This document shows positions 10,832-23,672 of a stretch of DNA of 64,000 nt, piece after piece; the first letter of the stretch is position 1; each line of letters begins with the position of its first letter. The notes beneath the pieces were generated by a model, which was not told the origin of the DNA, did not search any database, and saw only the letters and a program-made list of their open reading frames with translations. The DNA is from an uncultured delta proteobacterium (GTDB taxonomy: Bacteria; Myxococcota_A; Polyangia; Fen-1088). Location of the stretch: assembly GCA_963767925.1 (NCBI GenBank), contig CAVYGB010000001.1, positions 411,866 through 475,865 on the forward strand, written 5' to 3'. The translations under genes were made by a program, and so were the position numbers.

Positions 10832-12751
10832 CTAGGTTTGCTCGTGGCGATCTCGCGAAGGGGGGGCGCCGGCGGCATCGGCGGAGCTCTCGGGCTCGGC
10901 CCGGCGCTGCGGGCGGCTCGAGCCCGGAGGCCCGGCGGCGGCCCCGGGTTGATTCGCTGCCGGTTCGTCGCGGGGCAGGGTGAAGCAGAAGGTGCTGCCG
11001 GACCCCTCCTGGCTCTCCACCCAGATCCGGCCTCCGTGCGCCTCGACGATGCCCTTGGCGATCGAGAGCCCGAGGCCAGTCCCCAGCCGGGCGGTCCGGG
11101 CGTCCTGCCAGAAGCGCTCGAAGATGTGCGGGAGCTGCTCGGCAGGGATGCCCGGCCCGGTGTCGCTGACCGAATACTTGAGCTCGGCGCCGAGCGACTC
11201 CGCTCCGACGGTGATGGTCGAGCCTTCGGGGCTGAACTTGATCGCGTTCCCGATCAGGTTGGTCAGGACCTGCTGGATCCGCTCTCGATCGCAGCTCGCC
11301 CGGAGCTCGTCGTCGCCGACCAGGGCGCTGCGCAGCACCAGGGACTTCTCCTGGGCCAGCCCCTGCAACGCCTCGAGGGCCACGTTGATGAGCGCCTCGC
11401 TCGGCTCGCTCTGCTTCGTCACCGAGAGGTGGCCCGCCTCGATGCTCGTCACATCGAGGAGATCGCCGATGAGCCGGTTCATCGCGGTGGCGGAACGCCG
11501 GATGGACTCGACCGACGCGCGCTCCTTCGATCGCCGTTCGTCGCCTCCCGGGATCTTCAGCAGATTGATGGTCTGGAGGAGGATGACCCCGAGGGGGTTC
11601 CGCAGATCGTGCGACACGAGGGCCAGGACCGCGTCCCGCGCGCGAATGGCCCGCTGGGCCTGCTCGTGCAGGCGGGCGTTGTCGATGGCCACCGCCGCGC
11701 GGCGCCCGATATCCTCGGCGAAGAGGCGGTCGGCCGCCTTGTAGCGCCGCTCCGACTGGGCCGCGACAAGGGTCAGCGCGCCCAGCACCCGGCTGCGCGC
11801 CCGCAGCGGGACGATGATCATCGACTTGGTGCCGCGGCTGCGGGTCAGGCTGGGGTGCTGGCCATCGCTGGCGATCCGCTCCATGACGGACCTCGGAACG
11901 TCGTCGAGCAGCATGGACTCGCCGGACTGGATGACGTCGTCCTGAGGGGTGCGCCAGCCCGGCCGGGGCTCGAGCTTGCCGACCCGTCCGGACACCTCCG
12001 CCTGATGGCGCGCGTCCGAGTAGACGATGTCGAGGCGCTCGACCTGGCCGTCCTCGGCCAGCACGTCGACGAAGCAGATGTCGGCGAACAGCGGCACGGC
12101 CAGCCGCACCACCGCCCGCAGGGTGGTCGGGTAGTCGAGCGAAGAGGCCAGCGTCTCGCCGGTCTCCGCCAGAAAGCGCAACCTCCGCTCCAGCTCCTTG
12201 GGGCGCGAGATGTCGACGAGGGCCGTCCGGAAGCCGCCGCCGGGCGGCAGCCCGGCGTCGGTCGCGAAGCTGACGAGCTGGACCGCTACGGCGTTACGCT
12301 GTTTGGTGGTCAAGGTGAGCTCGGTCGTCACGACCCCCTTGCCGACCCGGCACTCCCGGAGGTGAGCGCGAAAGGCCTGCGTCTCCTTGATCGCCACGAC
12401 CGCGGAGAAGAGCCGGTCGATGAGGCCCTCTCTGGCCACCCCGAGCAGCGCCGCTCCGGTCAGGTTGATCTCCTGGATGCGGCCCTCGGGATCGAAGGTG
12501 CAGTAGCCAACCGGGGCGAAGTCGTAGAGATCCGCGTAGCGGCTGCGCGACTCCTCCAGCAGCTCCCGGGACTCCCGCAGCTCGCGATTTTGCATCTCGA
12601 GCTCCAGCTGGTGAACCTGAAGGTCATGAATCAGGTGGTCGCGTTCGGCCTCGCTCGCGGTGGGGGCCGACCGCGCCTCGGCCGTCTGCAGCTTGCGCAG
12701 CTCGCGGATGAGCTCCTCCCGGGAGAGCTGCTCGAGGATGAGCGGCGTCAT
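10832..12751 (-). CDS. Cytoplasmic PAS-GAF sensor histidine kinase
   Basis: HDLQVHQLELEMQN coiled coil, YDFAPVGY PAS, GAF, H-box SHDLRNPL, NLIGNAIKF, DTGPGI, GTGLGL. Confidence 0.93.
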   Translation of the reverse strand: MTPLILEQLSREELIRELRKLQTAEARSAPTASEAERDHLIHDLQVHQLELEMQNRELRESRELLEESRSRYADLYDFAPVGYCTFDPEGRIQEINLTGAALLGVAREGLIDRLFSAVVAIKETQAFRAHLRECRVGKGVVTTELTLTTKQRNAVAVQLVSFATDAGLPPGGGFRTALVDISRPKELERRLRFLAETGETLASSLDYPTTLRAVVRLAVPLFADICFVDVLAEDGQVERLDIVYSDARHQAEVSGRVGKLEPRPGWRTPQDDVIQSGESMLLDDVPRSVMERIASDGQHPSLTRSRGTKSMIIVPLRARSRVLGALTLVAAQSERRYKAADRLFAEDIGRRAAVAIDNARLHEQAQRAIRARDAVLALVSHDLRNPLGVILLQTINLLKIPGGDERRSKERASVESIRRSATAMNRLIGDLLDVTSIEAGHLSVTKQSEPSEALINVALEALQGLAQEKSLVLRSALVGDDELRASCDRERIQQVLTNLIGNAIKFSPEGSTITVGAESLGAELKYSVSDTGPGIPAEQLPHIFERFWQDARTARLGTGLGLSIAKGIVEAHGGRIWVESQEGSGSTFCFTLPRDEPAANQPGAAAGPPGSSRPQRRAEPESSADAAGAPPSRDRHEQT

Positions 12752-13091
12752 CGGAGGGCGGCCGCCTTCTCCGTGTCGCGGACGCCTGCCCGCTCCGGCT
12801 GCTCTGCTTCAGCCTCCAGAACAGGCGTGGCTTGTAGCTCCTCCAGCACGACCCTTCCTCCAGCACTCTCCGCTCCCGACAGCGCCGGAGCTCGCGAAGA
12901 GGCACACGGACCATCCGTGCGGCGCCGGCTTCGGCAGCGCCTCGCAGTCTTCTCCGGGGCAGGTGCCAGGTCAAGGGCGATTCCGGAGCCCGGACCTCGG
13001 CCGCGTCCGCCAGCGTCGGGGAGAACGCGACAGAGAAGGCCTGCAGGCTCGGTGCTGCCGGGGTGGTTCCCCCGGCGGTTCTTCGCATCCG

Positions 13092-13131
13092 ACGGTTTTC
13101 TCGACGGCCGCTGCTCGAACAAGCTCATGGT
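13092..13131 (+). promoter_or_regulatory. Third copy of the NCG-N7-CGA...CATGGT motif
   Basis: cgacggttttctcgacggc closely matches cgacggcttttgcgacggc at 9940, with the same distance to CATGGT. Confidence 0.5.
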
Positions 13132-13181
13132 GGGCAGCGGCTCCGGGCGGTAAGAGCGAGGTTTACCGGAAGGACAACCCC

Positions 13182-13451
13182 GTGAAGACCAGCAACCTGG
13201 AAGTTCGCACGCAGCACTCCGACGCCGAGATTGCCCGGCTGCGCCTGCTGATGGCCAAGGTCGATGAGGAGCTGGTGCGGGCCCCCGTCTCCGAGGGGTT
13301 GAAGGGATCCTGGGCGGAGATGGTGAAGCTGCTCGCCGTGGGACCGGCGCCCGACGTCCGGACGTGTCCGGTCTGCTCGAACATCGTCATGCGCGAGGCG
13401 ACCCTCTGCGGCCACTGCTGGTCGAAGCTGGATTCGCTGCCGGCGGGCTGA
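13182..13451 (+). CDS. Small protein with C-terminal zinc ribbon
   Basis: GTG start after RBS aagga; CPVC...CGHCW. Confidence 0.7.
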   Translation: MKTSNLEVRTQHSDAEIARLRLLMAKVDEELVRAPVSEGLKGSWAEMVKLLAVGPAPDVRTCPVCSNIVMREATLCGHCWSKLDSLPAG

Positions 13452-13473
13452 GCGACGTCCCCCGCTCCTCGCG

Positions 13474-13621
13474 CTGATGCACGCGGAGCTCGTGGAACAG
13501 GAGCCGCGCCGCTTCGGGCGACAGGACCCCCAGGTTCTCCGGGGCCTGCGCCGCCCGTCCCCGCACGATCTCCTCGGCGCGCGTGTGCTGGCTGCTGGCT
13601 TCGTCCGAACCACGTCCGGTG

Positions 13622-13638
<17 letters not shown>
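13474..13638 (-). pseudogene. N-terminal stub of a PAS sensor protein downstream of cheB-cheR
   Basis: RAEE...LSPEAARLLFHELRVHQ, then homology stops where IELEMQN is expected. Start overlaps the cheBR stop. Confidence 0.6.
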
Positions 13639-16642
<3,004 letters not shown>

Positions 16643-16983
16643 AGCGTCCTCCTGATCGGAGTCACGACGCCGTGTGGTCCGCCACGCACGGGCGCGGGGT
16701 CAGGCCTGGTCACCGGTCGGCAACCAGGCCGCAAGATTTTCCTGCCGACGGTGCCCCACCCGTCAACTTCCGGGAGTCTGGCGGCCGCAGATCCGCAAGT
16801 CAATGTGGATTCCGCCCCGGATCGGCAATGCACCGGTGAGCCGCGCGCTGGATCCCCGGAGCCGGTCGACCGCTGGCGGTCGCGCCGGCTGCGATACGAC
16901 CTCCGCGACCTGCTACTCTGCCGGCAGCAACGGGCTGAACACCGCGGATCTGCCGAACCCGGCCGGAGAGGAGGGGGAGCACC

Positions 16984-18012
16984 ATGAAGGCGATCGTCTA
17001 CGAGCGCTACGGTCCGCCGGAGGTCCTGCGGCTGCAGGAGGTGCCCGGCCCCACCCCGGGAGACGGCGAGGTGCTGATCGAGGTGCGGGCCACTACGGCG
17101 ACGTCCGGGGACGCTCGGCTGCGCGCGATGAACGTGCCCGCCGGCTTCGGGCTGATGGGTCGGCTGGCCCTCGGCGTGTTCGCCCCGCGCCGCCGGATCC
17201 TGGGCATGGAGCTGGCGGGGGTCATCGTGGCCACCGGCAGGAAGGTGACCCGCTGGCAGGTGGGGACGGCGGTCTTCGCCATGACCGGGGGCTCCATGGG
17301 CGCCTACGCCGAGCTGCGCGCGCTGCCCGAAGACGGCGCCATCGTCGAGAAGCCGGCGAACCTGACGTTCGAGGAGGCGGCGGCGCTGTCGTTTGGCGGG
17401 CACACGGCGCTGGACTTCTTCCGTCGGGGGAAGCTGGCGAAGGGAGAGCGGCTGCTCGTCAACGGCGCCTCGGGTGCCGTCGGGACCGCGGCGGTCCAGC
17501 TCGCGAAACACCTCGGGGCGCACGTGACCGCTGTGTGCAGCGCCGCCAACCTCCAGCTCGTGCGATCCCTGGGGGCCGACGCGGTGATCGACTACCGCCA
17601 GGACGACTTTGCCACCAGCGGCGAGCGCTACGACCTCATCATGGACACCGCCGGCACGGCCCCCTTTGCCCGCAGCAAGGGGTCGTTGAAGCCAGGGGGG
17701 CGCCTGCTCCTGGTGCTGGCCGGGCTGCCCGACATCCTCGGCGCCCTGCTGGCGAGCGCGGTCACCGACAAGAAGGTGGTGGCCGGGCCGGCAGGCGAAC
17801 GGGTCGAGGACCTGCGCCTCCTGGCCGACCTGGCAGAGCAGGGAAAATACCGCCCGATCATCGACCGGGTCTTCCCGCTCGAGCGGATGGCCGAAGCCCA
17901 CGCTCTCGTCGACAGCGGCCACAAGCGCGGCAACGTCGTCGTCAGCGTGAAGGACGTGCCCGAGAAGGAGGCCAGCCCGGCGAAGGCCCCCCGCCCCGTA
18001 CCGGGCTTCTAG
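16984..18012 (+). CDS. NAD(P)-dependent medium-chain dehydrogenase / quinone oxidoreductase family
   Basis: MKAIVYERYGPPEVL, GASGAVGTAAVQLAK, GADAVIDY; RBS ggggag. Confidence 0.92.
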   Translation: MKAIVYERYGPPEVLRLQEVPGPTPGDGEVLIEVRATTATSGDARLRAMNVPAGFGLMGRLALGVFAPRRRILGMELAGVIVATGRKVTRWQVGTAVFAMTGGSMGAYAELRALPEDGAIVEKPANLTFEEAAALSFGGHTALDFFRRGKLAKGERLLVNGASGAVGTAAVQLAKHLGAHVTAVCSAANLQLVRSLGADAVIDYRQDDFATSGERYDLIMDTAGTAPFARSKGSLKPGGRLLLVLAGLPDILGALLASAVTDKKVVAGPAGERVEDLRLLADLAEQGKYRPIIDRVFPLERMAEAHALVDSGHKRGNVVVSVKDVPEKEASPAKAPRPVPGF

Positions 18013-18144
18013 CGCCGGGCACGCGCGGGAGCCGCCCCCACTGCCGGTGGCGGGCCGCTGGCCCGCGACCCGCTCAGCGACAATCCACGGAGCCGGGGGA
18101 GCTGGCGAAGCCGCCGCCGGCGACGGTCCACCAGCCGGTGGCGG

Positions 18145-18935
18145 CGACTCGCGCTGGCTCGCTTCATCGAAGCGGAGGGTGCCGGTCAAGCCACGTATTC
18201 GATCTCCTGCCCCTGCCGGAGCCGATCCATCCCCTCGCCGATCTGGTCCCAGCGCACCGGGTGGCCGCCGGCCCCGGTCACGGCCACGACGTGGGCGCGC
18301 AGATCGGCTCCCGGGACCGTGCCCTCGCGCGTCTGGGCCCGGACGAGCGCCAGGGCGGCCAGCGCGCCCGCGTGGTAGAACGAGGAGGCGTCGTCGAGCG
18401 GCTCGTCGTGCCAGCGCTGCCGGAAGCGCGCCTGGAAGGCCTCGGCGCTCGGGCCCTTGCTGGCCGCCACGCCGCGCACGCCTTGGAGCGCATCGCGGCT
18501 GATCGACGAGAGGAAGGCGGGGCTGTGCAGGGTGGGCGACAGGTACCAGCGCGTGGGGTCGCCGACGGCGCCGCTGGCCAGCAGGGCGTTGAACAGCGAG
18601 GCGGCGGTGGCCGGGTAGCCAGCCAGCACGTAGGCGTCGGCGTTGGCCGAGACAATGGCTGCGACGCTCTCCGCAGTCGCCACGTCGGGGATCACGATGC
18701 GCGGCAGGTTGGAGTTGATGGAGAGACTGAAGCCGAGCGAGCCGTTGTAGCTGGCCGGGTTCACGACGAGAACGGGCCGCTCCTGCCCGTCGGCGCGCAG
18801 TCGCGCCACGAGCTCGCAGGTCATCCGATTGGTTCTCGGCCCCATGTCGAACCAGCTGAGCGGCCGGTACTCGATGTCGCCCCCCGTGGAGAAGCTCGGC
18901 ATGAGGAGGACACGGTCGAGCATGATGTGGCGCAT
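18145..18935 (-). pseudogene. Periplasmic binding protein (branched-chain amino acid type), N-truncated and frameshifted
   Basis: Adding one G near 18191 restores GQEIEYV-GLTGTLRFDE, the family C-terminal motif. No signal peptide. Confidence 0.55.
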
Positions 18936-19045
18936 CTGGGTCGCGAACACGGGCGAAGCCCGCGGCCGCCTGCGAAGCTGAGCGAAATGCCCGGTTTCGG
19001 CCAACACCGCTCGCCCGACCGCGCGGGGGGACCCATACTCCTGCC

Positions 19046-19786
19046 ATGGCTTGGGTAGGCACCGAAGAGTCTCGAGTGCGTAGCGTTCGTCCGTCTCCTG
19101 GCGAGCGCGTCACCTCCGGCGTCGACCAGGTGGTGAGCGCCTTCTTTCGACGGGTCTATCTGTTCATGGGGCTGGGGCTCGGGGTGACGGCGCTGGTGGC
19201 AATGATGGTCGCCTCCAGCCCGGCGGCGCTCGCCCTGGTGCTGGGGAACAAGCTGGTGTTCTACGGGCTGATCATCGCCCAGCTCGGGCTCGTGGTCGCC
19301 TTCTCGGCGACGGCCCATCGGGTGAGCCCGGCGGTGGCTGGTCTGATGTTCTTCACCTACGCGGCGCTGACCGGCGTCACCTTCGCGTCGATCTTCGTGA
19401 TCTACACGGCCGGCTCGATCGCCAGCACGTTCTTCGTGACCGCCGGCATGTTCGGGGCGCTGTCCCTGTACGGCGCCCTCACCAAGCGCAACCTCGACAG
19501 CATCGGGAGCTTCGCCTTCATGGGGCTCGTCGGCCTCGTGATCGCCTCGCTGGTGAACATCTTCCTCAAGAGCACGCTGCTCTACTGGCTGACCACCTTC
19601 GTCGGGGTCATCGTCTTCACCGCGCTCACCGCCTACGACACCGCCAAGCTCAAGGCGATGGCCCAGCAGGCCGGCCCGGGCGAGGTCGGCGGTACGCTCC
19701 CCCTGCGCGGGGCCCTCATCCTCTACCTCGACTTCATCAACCTGTTCCTGATGCTGCTGCGCCTGTTCGGCCGCCGCCGCGACTGA
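19046..19786 (+). CDS. Bax inhibitor-1/YccA family membrane protein
   Basis: About 7 TM segments, FTALTAYDT, GALILYLDFINLFLMLLRLFG. Confidence 0.95.
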   Translation: MAWVGTEESRVRSVRPSPGERVTSGVDQVVSAFFRRVYLFMGLGLGVTALVAMMVASSPAALALVLGNKLVFYGLIIAQLGLVVAFSATAHRVSPAVAGLMFFTYAALTGVTFASIFVIYTAGSIASTFFVTAGMFGALSLYGALTKRNLDSIGSFAFMGLVGLVIASLVNIFLKSTLLYWLTTFVGVIVFTALTAYDTAKLKAMAQQAGPGEVGGTLPLRGALILYLDFINLFLMLLRLFGRRRD

Positions 19787-19856
19787 CCCCCGGCGCGTTC
19801 GTCCGCCCGCTCACCCTGGCGGGCGCGTTCCGGCTGTCCCCTGTCCGCGTCCGCGG

Positions 19857-20366
19857 TCAGGTGGGGGCGCCGTTGTCGCGGCCGTTGTTGTCGCCGTTAT
19901 CCCCGTTGTTGCCTTCGTGGCGGCGGTGGGAGGCGCGCACCAGGCGGAAGGCGAGGGCCAGGGTCAGGATCAGGGCGGCCTGGCCGAACAGGGTCAACCC
20001 GCCCGCCCGGGTGGCGTCGACGATGATGATCTTCTGGGCGATGGCGATGAGGGCCACCTCGAGCACCACCTCCACCTGGACCACGCCGTGCCGGAGGTGG
20101 CTCTTCAACGAGGTGAGCAGCTCGAGGCCGATGAGCACGAGCAGGAAGAAGCCGAACAGGTCGAATATCTCCTCCACGTCGAGCAGCAGCTCGCGCGTCG
20201 ACCGGAGGTCCCGCAGCAGGAGCCAGCCCAGCTCGAAGGTGGAGATGGTGACGACCACCATCAGCAGGCCGATCAGGATCAGCACGACGACGCGCTCGAA
20301 GCGCTTGATCACCCGGATCCAGGTGTCCTCCTGCTGCTCGGGGTCTCGCTCGCCGTGGTTTGCCAT
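19857..20366 (-). CDS. PsiE (phosphate-starvation-inducible) family membrane protein
   Basis: FGFFLLVLIGLELL...VEVVLEVALIAIAQKIII; 4 TM segments. Confidence 0.85.
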   Translation of the reverse strand: MANHGERDPEQQEDTWIRVIKRFERVVVLILIGLLMVVVTISTFELGWLLLRDLRSTRELLLDVEEIFDLFGFFLLVLIGLELLTSLKSHLRHGVVQVEVVLEVALIAIAQKIIIVDATRAGGLTLFGQAALILTLALAFRLVRASHRRHEGNNGDNGDNNGRDNGAPT

Positions 20367-20395
20367 CGTCGTTTCTCGCGCGGTCCGGGGTGCGC

Positions 20396-21115
20396 TCAGA
20401 AGCGCAGCAGGAACTGGCTCTGCAGCAGCAGTCCTGTCTGGCCCGCTGAGTAGACGTAGTAGACGCTCCCGTAGGGCGAGTCCTTGATGCCCATGGCCTC
20501 GAAGTTGAGCCAGACCTGTCGGGTGTCGGAGGGGTACCAGTGGACGCCGCCACTGCTGCGATCGGTCCCGGGAAAGAAAGGGTAGGTGCCGGCCATGGCG
20601 CGCAGGCTGGGCAGCGAGAAGAACCCTGCCCGTAGCCGGAAGCCGGGGTGGAACGCGAACCCCACGTACCCGGCGGCCGTCGCCGAGAAGGTGGCGCTCG
20701 AGGTGTAGAGCAGGATGTTGAAATCCAGCCGCCCGTCGAAGACGAAGCCGGAGAAATAGAACACGTCCCTGGTCAACTGGATGTCGTGTCGCCTCGGGAC
20801 CTCCTTCTCGTTGCCCAGATGGTCGGTGAAGGTCACGTTGACGTTCAGACTGTTCGTGTATTTGAACTGCGAGACGTGTTTGAGCTTGAGGCGAAAGGCC
20901 GGGTCGGCGCCCTCGGGGGTCGACGCCAGCACGAAGCCGTCGTCGTAGTGGGGTGTCTGCCAGGAACCGCCCGGAGGCCCCGGATCCCGCCGGGTCTGGG
21001 CCGCCGCCGGTGCGGCCGACAGCAGCAGCAGCGCTCCGACCAGCCCGGCCCGGCGCATCCTGCTCCCCTCCCGACAGCGGCGATCGTGTTGCTCCATGGT
21101 GGTCGACCCGGTCAA
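20396..21115 (-). CDS. Secreted/outer-membrane beta-strand protein, probably internally deleted
   Basis: Signal peptide, amphipathic strands, terminal F; abrupt join GTDRS|SGGVHWYP near 20554. Confidence 0.5.
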   Translation of the reverse strand: MTGSTTMEQHDRRCREGSRMRRAGLVGALLLLSAAPAAAQTRRDPGPPGGSWQTPHYDDGFVLASTPEGADPAFRLKLKHVSQFKYTNSLNVNVTFTDHLGNEKEVPRRHDIQLTRDVFYFSGFVFDGRLDFNILLYTSSATFSATAAGYVGFAFHPGFRLRAGFFSLPSLRAMAGTYPFFPGTDRSSGGVHWYPSDTRQVWLNFEAMGIKDSPYGSVYYVYSAGQTGLLLQSQFLLRF

Positions 21116-22224
21116 TGGGTCGCCGCCGGGAGCTCTTCGATGGGGGGCTCGGGCTGCCGTTCTTGCTCCTGGAGATCGCGGAGAAACACCTGGGCCTGGG
21201 CGTCGCCGTCGGCGAGCAGCCGGGCGATGTGGGCGGGCTGGCGCGAGAGCTTGCTGGGATAGTCCAGGCCTTCCTGCAGGGCCGGCGACATCCGGAGGAA
21301 GCGCACCTTGATCGGCTCGCTCGTGTCGATCCCGGAGCGGGCGCGGAACCGCTCGGTCAAGGCGTCCTCGGAGACCAGCAGGTTCACCACCTCGATGAGC
21401 TCGATCTCGTGCTGGAGGCTCAGGTTGCCGGAGAGCTGGTTGCGACGGTCGAAGATGTCGCCGGGGCGCGCCGGGATCGTCGCGTGTTGCGAGCGGTTGA
21501 CCTGGATGATCCAGATCTCTTCGGGGAGTGGCCCCGAGCCCATCTGATTACGGCGCAAGAAGGACGTGATGGGTGGGTTCGAGGAGAAGATGCCGTCCCA
21601 GTAGGCGTGCCCGTCGACCCAGGTCGCGGGGAAGAGGTTGGGAATGGACGCCGAGGCCAGCAGCGACTCGACCTTGATCTCGTCCCGCATCGAGCTGAAG
21701 ACCTTGAAGGTTCCGGCGAGCACGTCGGCCGCCCCCACCAGGAGCACCGGGCTGCCCGGCTGGACCAGCCCGGGCAAGGTCGCGAAGTCGAGGTGCCCGA
21801 GGATGAGCGCCCGCAGATCGGTGAACGACGGGCGCGCGACCATCCGGGCGGTGGCCTGCGACCAGAAGCGGAACTGCAGCGACGACGGGCTGCTGGCCAC
21901 GCTCGGCAACATCCCCCCCTCCACCATCCGCACGAGCTGCACGCAGAGCCCGTCGAAGAACTCTTCGACCGGGGTCTGGGCCGTCAGGTCGTTCCAGAAG
22001 GCGGTGATGCGATCTTTGCCCGGCGTTCCGTTTCCCCGGGCCTCCTCCAGCAAGCCGACCCAGGCCAGGGCGGCGGTGAGGGCCCCGCCCGACGTCCCGC
22101 TGAGCCCCACGATCTTGAAGCGGTCCTGGATCCGCTGGGCCAGGAGGGTGCGCAGCGCCCCCGCCACGAACGCACACTGGCTCCCACCTCCCTGACAGGC
22201 GATTGCGATGCGCTTGCGGCTCAT
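21112..22224 (-). CDS. Patatin-like phospholipase
   Basis: IACQGGGS, GTSGG nucleophile, ASASIP, YWDG. Confidence 0.92.
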   Translation of the reverse strand: MSRKRIAIACQGGGSQCAFVAGALRTLLAQRIQDRFKIVGLSGTSGGALTAALAWVGLLEEARGNGTPGKDRITAFWNDLTAQTPVEEFFDGLCVQLVRMVEGGMLPSVASSPSSLQFRFWSQATARMVARPSFTDLRALILGHLDFATLPGLVQPGSPVLLVGAADVLAGTFKVFSSMRDEIKVESLLASASIPNLFPATWVDGHAYWDGIFSSNPPITSFLRRNQMGSGPLPEEIWIIQVNRSQHATIPARPGDIFDRRNQLSGNLSLQHEIELIEVVNLLVSEDALTERFRARSGIDTSEPIKVRFLRMSPALQEGLDYPSKLSRQPAHIARLLADGDAQAQVFLRDLQEQERQPEPPIEELPAATH

Positions 22225-22412
22225 CTATCTCTCCTCCCGCGCTCGTGTCTGTAGGGCGTTCTGCCCTCACCGACGGTCCTCACCACTGCCGGAGCCTTCG
22301 ATGTCGGGCCAATGTAAAGAGCCGATCCGGCCCCCACAAGTACGCCAAGGCCGCAATTGGTGGGTCATGACGCCTGGGTTCACCGAGGCTCTTCCCTCGA
22401 CTGAGATATTCC

Positions 22413-22444
22413 TTGAAAAGTACATACGTTAAGACGTATATAAC
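22413..22444 (+). promoter_or_regulatory. Promoter with inverted-repeat operator for the ArsR-SRPBCC pair
   Basis: TTGAAA at 22413; ATACGT-taag-ACGTAT (22424-22439) overlapping a TATA-rich -10; ATG follows at 22449. Confidence 0.6.
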
Positions 22445-22448
22445 TCCC

Positions 22449-22790
22449 ATGTTGCCCACCCTGGTGGCGCTGGCCGAGCCGAATCGGTTCCGGATCGTGG
22501 AGCTGCTGCGAACCGGGCCGCAGTCGGTGAACGACATCACCCGGGTGCTCGACCTGTATCAGGTGCAGGTGTCGAAACACCTGCGCGTGCTGAAGGAGGC
22601 GGGGCTGGTGCAGGTGCAGCCGCGCGGGCAGCAGCGGGTCTACGAGCTGCGCGGGCAGTCGTTCCGTGGGCTGCAGGTGTGGCTCGACCGCTATCGCCAG
22701 CTCTGGGATGCGCGGTTCGCGGAGATGGACGAGCTCATCGAAGAGCTCAAAGAAAAGGAGAAGGCCGATGAACGAAAAAGGAAAAGGTGA
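22449..22790 (+). CDS. ArsR/SmtB-family transcriptional regulator
   Basis: ALAEPNRFRIVELL...VSKHLRVLKEAGLV...QQRVY. Confidence 0.92.
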   Translation: MLPTLVALAEPNRFRIVELLRTGPQSVNDITRVLDLYQVQVSKHLRVLKEAGLVQVQPRGQQRVYELRGQSFRGLQVWLDRYRQLWDARFAEMDELIEELKEKEKADERKRKR

Positions 22791-23292
22791 GTCCCCCGGC
22801 AGCGACACGACCCTGGAGCTGCAAGGCGATCGCGAGATCGTGATAACCCGGACCTTCCGGGCTCCGCCCCGCATCGTGTTCGACGCCTGGACCAGGGCGG
22901 ACTTCGTGCGGCGCTGGTGGGCCCCGAAGTCCATGGGCGGCGAGGTGGTCGAGTGCCTCGCGGACGTTCGGGTGGGAGGGAAATACCGCTACGTCACGCG
23001 CGCGGCGGGCCAGGACTTCGCCTTCTCCGGCATCTACTCCGAGGTCACCCCCCACTCCCGCCTCGCGTACACGCAGATCTTCGAGCCGATGGCCGAGGTG
23101 GGGGCGGCGCTGGTGACCGTGACGTTCGAGGAGCACGGGGGCCACACCCGCATGACGTCGCACGAGGTCTACCCCTCCAAGGAGGTGCGCGAAGGCCTCC
23201 TGGCCACGAACATGGAGCAGGGCCTGCGCGAGACCCTGACCCAGCTCGACGAGCTGGTCGCCTTGCTCGCCAGCGAAGGCGCCGCCCGTTGA
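22768..23292 (+). CDS. SRPBCC/AHSA1-domain protein
   Basis: REIVITRTFRAP..VFDAWT....RWW, DVRVGGKYRY; typical ArsR partner. Confidence 0.9.
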   Translation: MNEKGKGESPGSDTTLELQGDREIVITRTFRAPPRIVFDAWTRADFVRRWWAPKSMGGEVVECLADVRVGGKYRYVTRAAGQDFAFSGIYSEVTPHSRLAYTQIFEPMAEVGAALVTVTFEEHGGHTRMTSHEVYPSKEVREGLLATNMEQGLRETLTQLDELVALLASEGAAR

Positions 23293-23480
23293 CGGCACGT
23301 CTCTGTGGGCGCGGGTGACCTTCTGCTTCTCCCGGGCCCGCTCGAGCGCCTCGTCGATGCTGAAGCTCGGTAACTTCTCGGGTTGAACCAGCCTATGTCG
23401 TCGCCCCGGACGATGAGGATGTTCGGTTTCCAGTCGCCGGCGTCTTCGTCGCTGCCAGGGAGCATCTCTCCCCGGCTCAA
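23290..23480 (-). pseudogene. Collapsed arylsulfatase, N-terminus joined to C-terminus
   Basis: KPNILIVRGDDIGWFNPRSY followed at once, out of frame near 23369, by SFSIDEALERAREKQ. Confidence 0.65.
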
Positions 23481-23672
23481 CCTGGGCCTCGAACCGAGGC
23501 CCGGCCGTGTCGGGCGGGCCCGCTAAGGTCGCGAACGACAACCATCGGTCTGCCGGCTGTCGGTCGACCACCGGAAAGCCGCCCGGCGCCCGGGCATGCC
23601 CGGCGGCTGCCTTCCCCGCCGGCGCGGCGATGGCCAGCTTGTCGGCAGGTCGATCCAAAAGGAGGGCTCCTC

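Noticed and set aside
12748..13128. 126-aa ORF upstream of the histidine kinase
   Set aside because: Low-complexity translation overlapping a divergent promoter motif; the stop/start overlap alone is not enough evidence.
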